From NCBI GenBank assembly GCA_043381765.1, contig JBHJMP010000878.1, forward strand, positions 1-36,836: 36,836 nucleotides of DNA, written 5' to 3'. Position numbers and translations under genes: made by a program. Under the pieces are notes generated by a model. It was not told the DNA's origin and did not search any database. It saw only the letters and a program-made list of their open reading frames with translations. The DNA is from Collodictyon triciliatum (Eukaryota). Of this stretch, positions 20,014 to 36,836 are shown one piece after another; the first letter of the stretch is position 1, and every line of letters starts with the position of its first letter.

Positions 20014-22559
20014 ATAGTAAATACTTGATTGCTCTTCTCTAACACTAATGCTTGAATCTCATCGGTAAGTTTAGCATTGAGTGCCTCAATTTTCTTCCAA
20101 AGGCCCAATTCCAAGTATCTTCGGTGAGATGGAATGTTATCTGAAACGGTGATATCCTGGTCGAAATGTGATTTGTTTTAGTTTATTAGATAAAGTTTAT
20201 CTTAGATAAAATCTAAGCAAAGTAGAAATAATATGCCACTTAAGAAAAAACACACAAATGGACCACAAGTTTATTGCAAAAACGATTTTAAATGGTCGAT
20301 GAAAACCCATGTATAATTATCACATCTATCAATGCATCAATATTATTTGGTTGTTGTGTCCCTTGATCCTCGAAAGATAGAAGCTTTCGAATCACTATGG
20401 CAGTTTGAAGAGATGTCTGCAATAAAAATAATGATAATAATTACCATACTATTTCATGTTAATCTGTTAAAAAACACACTGATACGAGAAAATGTAAATT
20501 AAGCTTTATTTCATCTCAAGTCATATGTATATCTAAATTATCTCACATATGATAGGGTCTCGATCATCTCCTTCGATGTGAGCTGGTATGTACCTTACAA
20601 ATGGAGGAAAAAATATCGGTACAAGTATATTATGTGATAATATGCTCTATCTAAAACAACAACAACAACATGTGATAGTGGAATTTTCTTTCACGATTGA
20701 CGTACCCGCAGAATTTGCTAGCAACCATCCTTTTTGTTTAATCTTTCTATTTCCTAATAAAAATAGATAATGATAAGAAGACATCCTTTGACAGAGTTTT
20801 TTTTTATTCTTCCTTTCAACTTTTGTGCAGGAATCCTTTGACAGAGTTATTTACTATTTAGATATGATATGATTTGTGATTAGGAATTAATTAAATGAGA
20901 ATGTAAAGAAACGAAACCTGTCTCAATCAAAAATATCTTTATCATATCGCTCGATAGCTCCCATAATTTGTCCGTCTCTTGTAATATTTCTTCGTCCGTA
21001 TTCTAAAAATATAGTCGTCTGATTAGTTGCAATCCTATACTGTTTATCATCTAAAAATGAAATAGAATCATGCATATATTTTTGCTTTTTTTTTTTAAAA
21101 AAAAGAAACGAACTTAGAGCAATAATAATAACCAAATCATCCACACACATCTATCTATATAATTATACCGGAGGTATAGTAGCGCCCTGAGCAAATCCAG
21201 CAAGGTTATGGTGCGCGATTTGCGCAACAATGCCTTCTGGATTATCCTTACTATCAACCAAACGAGCTTCACCCTCAATTTCATCTGAAGAAATCTTCGC
21301 TGTACCAGTTTCATCAAAACCATCATCGTTAGATCTCTCTACCTGGAAATTAACATCGTCTGCTGCATCCAAGATGTCTTCAGCATCTAGTAGGCTTTTA
21401 CGCAGCTGTTTGCGGCTCTTTTCAAAGTCACGTGTATATTCGTCATCAGTCTTCATAAATTCTAGTTAGAAGATGCATGGTGAAGAAACATTCACTAGGT
21501 AAAAGTAAAACACAAGTCTAAAAATAAATAATATATGGCTTTGGGAAAAATAGATAATGAGTGACAGCCTTACTGAAATTCGATGGTTTACCCTCAGTTT
21601 CTTGGCTACCGCCAAATATCTCTCCTACACTACAGTTATAGCTTACAATATATGGGCAAGTATGTTTATGAGTAAATTTTTATTATTATGATTATGACTT
21701 ACCTATCGCTGTTGCTTTCTGTCTTTTTGACCTTCTTTTGTTTGCCTGGAGGCGGGACCCCATCTGGCATCGCATCATTTGCTTCAAAGTCAGGATTATT
21801 CGTATCTGCTACATTACCTTTTTTTCTCTCCTTTTTTCTCTCCTTCTTGGATAGTTCATTATGTTGCTCTATGGTATCGACTGCATCATCATCCATGCCT
21901 TCATTTGAAACAAGAATTGGTTTTTGAGCCTCCCTATCCTTTTTCTTTAGTTTTTTTTGTGGTATATCACCCGAATCTGTAGTATTTACGACCAGCCCGG
22001 CTGTCTCGGTCTCGATGGCTGCTTTCTTTTTCTCCTTCTTTTTCTTTTCTCCTCCACTTTCACTCTCCTCAGGCTTTGGTGCGGGTTCAATGACCTCATT
22101 TTGTTCTGCTTCCTCTTCCTTATGCTTCTTGTCTTTCTTCCTCTTCTTTTCTTTGTTGGAAGAGTCCGTCTCTTGGGGGGATGGATCAGGAGTTGGAGTT
22201 TCTTCTACACTGGCCTCAAAACTTTTTTCCTTTTTCTTTTTTTCTTTCTTCAATTTAACAGGCTCTGGTATTAAGTCAGCTGAAACTTCGGGCTCTGAGA
22301 CTGACTCGATGTTCGCTGTCTCATATTTCTTGCTCTTCTTTTCTTTTTTTCTATCACTCGGTTGGACCTCGACCTCGACCTCGTCTCGTTCCTCTTCTTC
22401 TCGATGTTTCTTGCGAGTCTTTTTGTCAACCTGAGTTGACTCCATACAGGCTACGCCATTGCCATCTTCAGGACTGGGTTCGGGTGTCTCCTCTTTGTTG
22501 TGCTTGCGCTTTCCCATGGCTGGTGCTTGAAAGGGGGTTGAATTATGAGTGTTACTCAT
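19293..22559 (-). CDS. Lys/Glu-rich probable nucleolar protein with a C-terminal Rsa3 (ribosome assembly protein 3)-like domain; about 11 exons; start at 22559 or at the downstream MGKRK ATG
   Basis: The first exon is KKEKK/acidic low-complexity sequence. Downstream exons join in phase (e.g. NTDEEILQETDKLW..., TYQLTSKEMIETLSY, DITVSDNIPSHRRYLEL...). The final exons give FRDIFTEEITEAMGDDFEIIRN|EEEFGDFGMKNLREWIQFSGSLFSEIE, resembling the Rsa3 pattern F..Y...LT.EFGDDL..LR...DF....L..L...L..G...FS. The exon 2 boundaries are ambiguous. Confidence 0.7.
19975..20015. repeat. (TAAA)n intronic microsatellite
   Basis: Direct inspection. Confidence 0.85.
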
Positions 22560-23334
22560 ATGTTGGAGGTATTTTTATGGATGCCATAGTGCAATCCTCA
22601 TGGTTATGTATTGTGCTGTGCGTGTTGCGAGGCAAAGTCGAGAGACTTGCACCGGGCTGTGAGACACTTTCGACTCTTCTGCCTGCTTCGAATCGACTTG
22701 TGTGGTTTTTTCGCTAGAGTTAGTTTGTGAAAATGATCGAAGCCGGTGTGGTCATTTGTATGTGGAAATTATTATATATTGATTCAATTTCGTTATGAGT
22801 GTTTTTAAAACATTTTAATACATTCTTTAAAGCCATAATTATTATTATTTTGATATAATGAGAAATTTTGGGGCCAATTCTTTTTGTGGAATAAGATGTC
22901 TTGATAATACGATATTTTTAGTACAGAATACAAAACGCACACCAAATCCGTGCCATCGTTACTTGTGTATGACTGTCTTTTGTTTGACGAAATCGCGTTG
23001 TGATCAAAATGATTGGATGTTGCGCAGCGCAGAAGGCGTGGATTGGAGTGGAGCGGAGTGAATTCATCCACACAGAGGCTGTGTGCCTGCACTCTGTGCA
23101 ATCTTCTTTTCTCTCAGCTACTCGTTTATCCATTGACAAAAACTCAAAGAGCACGGCACATTCTCAAGCATCTTCTGTTTATCCTCAAACCCTGACTGTG
23201 TTTAGAAAAGAAAATCAACAATATAACTTGCATCCTTGTGCGGGTGATGCTGTGAATATAGCAACATGAAATTGAAAGTAAAAGCAACTACCGAAGCTAG
23301 GCATTTTGGACTTCTTTCGTGGTCCGACTCCAAG
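22560..23334. promoter_or_regulatory. Probable bidirectional promoter/UTR region between the divergent Rsa3-like and CK1 genes
   Basis: Head-to-head start codons about 775 bp apart, with an AT-rich core. No specific elements were identified. Confidence 0.4.
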
Positions 23335-24390
23335 ATGGCTCTTGAATTGCGTGTGGCTGGGAAATACAAGCTTCTGCGTAAGATCGGCTGCGGTTCTTTC
23401 GGAGAGATTTATCTAGGCAAGTGTTTATTCTATTTCATCTTTGCTCTTCTTCCTAGCTTGCGCAGGTTGGTAGGATTATTTATATGGACTTCTTAATCCA
23501 TACATAATCCGAGGGGGTTTAGACATTCACAACTGAGTATTTTCGTGTTTTTTTTTTTTTTACCACTTTATTATAAATAAAAAGAATATGATTGAATATA
23601 CATCCACAATAATAGGATACTCAAAATGTCAAAATGTACGCAAAATATGTTTCAATCCCTTAAAAAAAAATCATGTTATCTAGTATGGGTACGTTATTTA
23701 TTGTCATACCTCAATATGTAGGCGTCAACGTGACCAATGGTGAAGAGGTGGCGGTCAAGGTCGAGTCTGCCCAGACAAAGCACCCTCAGTTATTTTATGA
23801 GGCAAAACTTTACAAGGCTCTCAGCGGCGGAGGTATTTTGACTTTAAAATCAACGATGAGGGTCCAGTTTCATTCTTTGTATCTACATATTACAGATGTA
23901 TACTAAACTTTGATATACATGATTATCATAGTGGGAATCCCATCTCTCAAATATTATGGAACTGAAGGAGATTATAACATGATGGTAATTGATATCTTGG
24001 GCCCGAGTTTGGAGGACTTGTTCAATTTTTGTGGCAGAAAGTTGGGGCTCAAAACTGTGTTGATGTTGGCCGACCAAATGGTTTTCTCTTAAACTCAGAA
24101 ATACAGCCTTAGATTGCGTTTAAACCATCTATTCATATTTTTTCGATTCGGTTCATTCCTTATTCACATTAGTTCAAAATATGTTTTTTTCTTATGTACT
24201 TTTGCTCCAATACTCTTTCATGGATCTTATTTAGATTGCAAGAGTAGAGTTTATGCATTCAAGAGGATATCTGCATCGAGATATAAAACCAGATAACTTT
24301 CTCGTCGGACTTGGAAAGAGAGAATCACAGGTGACCTTAAATGATAGAATTTATAGCCATACGTACGGGTGTGGTGTTGACGATTACGAT

Positions 24391-24458
<68 letters not shown>

Positions 24459-26065
24459 TCATCCTTTCTTTCATTCATTCATTCATTCTTTCTTTTTTCA
24501 TTCTTTCATTCTTTCAAGGTCTACATAATCGACTACGGGCTGGCTAAACGGTACAAAGACCCCAAAACCGGCCAACATATCCCCTATAAGGACAATAAAA
24601 GCCTGACGGGAACTGCCAGATATGCCTCTGTAAACACTCACCTTGGAATAGGTAAGAACTTAGTTGAACCTATACTTTTCTGTTGCGTAAGAGTCCAAAA
24701 GACTCTGAATTACTACTATCATTATTTTGTCGTAACCAAGGATATTGCATATGATTTTATATCTAGACATTATGTTGATGTATATAACCACCATTGATGA
24801 TAGAACAAAGCCGACGGGACGATCTGGAGTCTTTGGGATATGTGTTTATGTATTTTTGTCGCGGAAGTTTGCCATGGCAGGGATTGCAAGCGACAAACAA
24901 GAAACAAAAATATGATAAAATTAGTGAAAAGAAAGCCAATACTCCCATAGAAGTATTATGTCAAGGATTCCCAGGTTAATTCGATTTATCTTACCGTGTT
25001 CATACATTCCTATCTAAGCTTCGTTTGTAAAACAATAAGCACTTCCCTATGTTTATTTATGTATTTATTGGACAGTCGAATTCGCCATGTATTTGGAATA
25101 CTGCAAGACACTGAAGTTTGAAGAAAAACCCGACTATGCTTACGTTCGCAAGCTCTTTCGGGACGCATTTGCTCGAGAGAGTTACCAATATGATTACCAA
25201 TATGATTGGGTTTTAATAAAAGCCGTAAGACAATTCACAGGAGATAAATATACGATTTTTTTACATCATCTATACCCTGTGATATTCTCTCATAGTAAAT
25301 TTTCGAAACTAGCTCAAAAGATATCGAAATTATAACATGGCACATTTACATGCAAAATATCAATCTTATTACTATCAAAGAGGGAGGCAGCACATAGCAG
25401 TCGCTCTGACCCACATCCAGCCCCTCAACGTGCCGCAGCTCCCCCCCGAGAACCCCCTACAAGAATTCCAACATCTGCATCACAACCGCAGTGGCTACGC
25501 ACAGCGGAACAGCACGTTGAAATAGAAGAAAAAGGTACTTATATGCCCATATAAAGTATTTTTTCCCCGAATTACCTGACACTCACTTTTGAATTTGTAT
25601 TGAACAATAAAACTATGATTCGCCTCTCAATCCACCCATGGATGCTTTTCTTAATTCATGCTCACAAACAGTCAAATTACCGACTTCCAAACGAGTCACT
25701 CCGAGCGCCCAAGACCGACGGCAAAGTCCGATGTTGGCCCAGACAAGATTAGCAGAAAATACCACATCTTCTAGCTTACCACGAATGCCGAACATATCGT
25801 AAGACCTCCAATTCTGACACGTCCAACCCATAGATGTACAGCTTTTTTTTTTTTAAAAAAAAAGCACATGCTATATCCATATCCATATACGTGAAGTGTT
25901 TGTAATCGCATGAACGTCTCAAATAGCTCACGAGAAAACTCGAGAGCTACAAACGGCAGAAGATTGCCCCAAAATGGCGACGAACACCACATGCCGGACA
26001 ATCTACACGAACAATCCCACCCAAGAACGGCCCCTCTCTCCGTTTTTGGGAAGAAGAGAATGTGA
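23335..26065 (+). CDS. CK1: Casein kinase 1 (delta/epsilon-like) with a low-complexity C-terminal tail; 10 exons
   Basis: Exons 23335-23416, 23722-23832, 23932-24080, 24235-24330, 24519-24651, 24804-24974, 25076-25224, 25381-25534, 25672-25798, 25927-26065. Motifs [55 protein letters not shown] and [13 protein letters not shown]. Confidence 0.96.
24389..24500. repeat. (TTTC)n/(TTCA)n intronic microsatellite
   Basis: Direct inspection. Confidence 0.9.
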
Positions 26066-27274
26066 CGCTTTTCTGTGCTCATGGATAATTATATTTCCTC
26101 TGGTGAATATGTAGACTTTTTTTTTTGTTCTCTTATAATTCTTTTTACACCCCTAATACGATGCCCCAACTGGGGAGATCATAACCACTTGGCTTTAAAA
26201 AGAATACATCTTTTCTATCGGGGACAAATTCATAAATACATCCTGTCATGAACGTGCTTTTGAGTCTGCCCTGAAAAGCGTCTATTTCTTACCGTTTCAT
26301 TTGGGCTATTTTGTTCTATTCGCATATAAAAAAAAGAAGATAATTACATTATATGGGGATTTTTTTTGTGTGACTCACCGCCCGAATGAGCATATGTTTC
26401 CTTGTTTCTCGGCAATAACTATCCGGTTCATCACCACGCTATAATCATATACCAACATCCGTATGGTATTAGACAACCATTTTAAGGAGTGGATACGTCT
26501 TTACCTTAAAACCATCTATTTTGCAGCTTGAAATAGTCATTTTGATAGTTCATTTTATTCATGCTATCCCTCGAGTAAAAAAAAAATATAAAAAAATCAG
26601 AAATTGTAAGGCATGGAAAGGTATTAGAAAGCCAGAAAAAAAAAAAAGGAAGAAAAAGATATTGAACAGGAGCAAGATAAATATTACTATTTACCTATTT
26701 ACCAACAATTTGACAGAATCATCCTTTCACTTCAATAACGCCTCATTTCCAGAACAGGATACTGATTACATCATACGATGACATCCACTCTTCTTGGTTC
26801 CCCATAGAAATCGAGACGGGATGAGAAGAATCAAAACCCAAGTTCATTCCCACACGGAGAAAGGAAGCTTCTCACCCAACGCATCATACAGCAAACGCCC
26901 AGCGCCTAAGCTGGCTGTGAAAACAAGATCGTCTCAGAGATATAAACGCAAACGCAGTCACATAAAACACATATACAATCATATATATACACACACATAC
27001 ACATACACAAATGCAAAAAAGCAGATCTTTTACGACTGAACAAGTTGTAAGTTTGCCATGTTGTCAACAATTGGTTGTAACAAATGGCTCGGTCTCACTC
27101 TCACACACACGCACACACATACAGACCCTCTCTCTCTCTCGCTGTAGCTTTTCTTTTCATGTTTCAGAATGGAAAATAATATTGACTAAGGTGATATTTG
27201 ATATAAACGAGAAGGATAACCGATCGCCTTGGCGCCCTCCCAGCTCCTCAACTGTTACCCTTGGAACAAAAGAA

Positions 27275-34323
<7,049 letters not shown>

Positions 34324-34781
34324 TTCAAAGGATGAGCGCCCACAGTACACGCCGGAGTTAGTTGGCAATCACCAGACGTCAAGAAGAAAAAACACAAACC
34401 AACAGAAATGAAGAGGAAAAAAAGAAGAAGAAAAAGAGGAAGAAGAGTCAATCAAGGACTAGCATTCGCTCTGGTTCATAAAATAAAAACAAAGAAAATA
34501 AAAAAAAAAAATAGGGAGCAAAAGAAGGGGAAACGAATCGCCGATAGCTATGTAAATATTTATTAATGTTTTATCTGTGCAGAGAGAAAAAAAAAATATA
34601 AAAATGGTAGAGACACTCAGCGACAGTATAATGATAGAAAGAGGAAGTGCGGGCCAAGAAATATAGATTCTACCGCACATCGTCGATAAAGGTAAGGAGG
34701 ACATGCGTATGTGAGCAAGAGAGTGGTTGAGTAAGTGCGCCTGGGGAGCGGCTAATGGATAGTAAGCAGAGCGTGCGCAGT

Positions 34782-36462
34782 TCAATACCAACGCGTGTTT
34801 GTAGTGACGCGGGAAAGCAGAGAACGCCGGGCCAGTGTGCGGGCCTCGGTCGTGGTCATTGTGCCTATGGACGAGTTCCAATCCGCCCAAGTCTCATCGC
34901 CGCTGGCGCTATTTGTATCTGTGCCGCTGTGTGCTTCGATATCATCGGCATATTCATCCTCAACATAGCCATCTCTATCTTCTGGTCTCTCCAGCATGTA
35001 CGAGCTTTCCCGCAAGGGCGAGGCAGCAAGGCTTTCATCCAAGCTGGCCGGCCTCTCCTGTGCAAAAGTCTCCTCGTTCGAATGGGGTTTGTCCTGAGGG
35101 GAGTTGTTTGTCTGGCTCGTTTTCTGCACGCGAGTCGGGCTCACGCTTGTGTGTTTGCTGTCGGCTGGTGACAGGCGTACTACGTGCGATGCCTTGAAAG
35201 ATGGATGAATGACTGTGTTTGCGTCCTGTTCGCAGTCTGATTGAGACCCTGAACAAGTCGAGGATGAGTCAGAGTCCATACCCGAAGCAACAAGGGTTGG
35301 CTCCAGCCCGGAACTGATTAGATCTGGGGCTGGCCGGGCAGGAATCTGGCACGAAACCGAACGAGCCTTGGTGGTAATGGTAATGGTGGCGGTGGCAGTG
35401 GCGGTATGATTTGGTGGTTGCGACGACTGGGATGTATTCCTTTGGGATTGCTGATGAAGTGAGTGAGAGGGAGACGGAGGCGATGGCAAAGACTGCGGCA
35501 ACGGCTGCGAGCGTGTTCGCTTCTGAAGGGCATTGATTTCAGGGTAGCGAGCTTCAGGGAACCAATGCTCAACAAGAATACCACCATCCCCAGGTCGGAT
35601 GGTGACTCTGCGGATGGAAAGCTCCTCAGGAGGGAAGGCCATAAGCCGGGCGATTCCAACGTCTCCGACTGCGCTGTAAAAATCGTCCACATAGATTCCT
35701 TGGTATTGTTCGAAGCTCGCGTATTGGATGGAGTGCGTGCTCTTTATTTCAATCTGCGGTGTATGGTGGTGATGAGAATGGTGGGGTTGGGGCTAAGGGG
35801 TATGTGTCCAAGGAAGACTTGGCGGTAAGTCTGTGCCGTTGATGAATGCAAAAGGGAGCAAAATGGCAAAATGAGATGAAAATATTATTTGATAAATATC
35901 TGTAAAGAAGGTCAAATGAGCTTTACAAAACAACAAAAAAACAACAAAAAAAACAACAAAAAAAACAACAACAAAAAACAACAAAAAAAACAACAAAAAA
36001 ACAACAACAAAAAAACAACAACAAAAAAACAACAACAAAAAACAACAACAAAAAACAACAACAACAACAACAAAAACAAAAACAAAAAAAAACAACAACA
36101 ACAACAAAAACAAAAACAAAAACAAAAACAAAAACAAAAACAAAAACAACAACAACAAAAACAAAAACAAAAACAACAACAAAAACAACAACAAAAACAA
36201 AAAACAAAAACAAAAAACAAAAACAAAAAACAAAAAACAAAAAACAAAAACAAAAACAACAAACAACAAACAACAAACAACAAACAACAAAAACAAATGA
36301 ATATAGCTAGTTTGTGTTACCCAGAACGGACTTCTCATCTCATGTAAAAATAGTCTTCGCTCGGAAGATGAGGAGTGTGGATGCCCAGCAAGAACAAAGC
36401 GCAAACCAGCAGCGTTCCCAAAAAGCAGATTGCAGTGAATCAGATAACGAGCGAGCCTCTCT
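34782..36462 (-). CDS. 3' part of an unknown gene: a globular segment followed by a Ser/Thr/Asp-rich disordered tail; 5' end probably beyond the window
   Basis: Terminal exon 35753-34782 after a CCGCAG acceptor reads IEIKSTHSIQYASFEQYQGIYVDDFYSAVGDVGIARLMAFPPEELSIRRVTIRPGDGGILVEHWFPEARYPEINALQKR... A probable upstream exon at ~36460-36321 (ERLARYLIHCNLLFGNAAGLRFVLAGHPH...RSPFW|gtaaca) joins in phase 0. Confidence 0.7.
35926..36296. repeat. CAA/AAAAAC-rich low-complexity intronic tract
   Basis: Direct inspection. Confidence 0.9.
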
Positions 36463-36710
36463 CTAGTCTATATGTAGCCGTACATATTTCAGTCAAATAA
36501 TTATAATAAAAATCGAATCTGTACATACAGAACTAAATGAGCCGAATGGAAAAAAAGAAGTAAAATTGGAGATGTATATGCAAAGAGATATACAAAGAAA
36601 AAAGAGTTAAAGAGATATAGTAATAGAAAGAATGAAGAAAAAAGAAAACGAAATTAGAACAAAACAGAACAGAATGGAACATGATAGAACATAATAGAAT
36701 ATGACATAAT

Positions 36711-36808
36711 AAAACAGAATAAAACAGAATAAAACAGAATAAAACAGAATAAAACAGAATAAAACAGAATAAAACAGAATAAAACAGAATAAAACAGAAT
36801 AAAACAGA
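36711..36808. repeat. (AAAACAGAAT)n 10-bp tandem repeat
   Basis: Direct inspection. Confidence 0.95.
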
Positions 36809-36836
36809 AATAGAACTGAATAAAACCGAATAAAAC

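Noticed and set aside
26370-26940. Possible small minus-strand gene or C/D snoRNA (GTGATGA near 26430)
   Set aside because: No matching D box, and no consistent multi-exon reading frame was found.
35793-36404. Poly-F/L/C/V and poly-K/Q/N ORFs (similar ones at 2398-2742, 3655-3889, 16297-16590 and 33271-33465)
   Set aside because: Translations of microsatellites.

Overview
AT-rich, intron-dense eukaryotic DNA, most consistent with a protist. It uses the standard genetic code, has microsatellite-filled introns and contains one 535-N assembly gap. Manual splicing supports about 11 protein genes in this order: (1) the 3' end of an unknown beta-rich protein; (2) a degenerate Ras-fold protein lacking the G1, G3 and G4 motifs (candidate pseudoGTPase, - strand); (3) a FAM166/CIMIP2-like protein with GYxGHxP repeats; (4) a two-repeat Myb factor; (5) an ankyrin-RasGAP with a Cys/His zinc-finger-like insert; (6) a convergent Rap1-like GTPase with a Ras-type switch II (Q61); (7) an intronless, internally duplicated membrane protein; (8) a K/E-rich protein with a C-terminal Rsa3-like domain; (9) casein kinase 1; (10) EDC4/Varicose; (11) the 3' part of an unknown gene. 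The most notable unexplained signals are a GC-rich intergenic island (about 15790-16070) folding into three consecutive G-U-containing hairpins (candidate ncRNA), the pseudoGTPase, and the local grouping of Ras-related genes. All gene models and family calls come from reading the sequence by eye; no searches were run.
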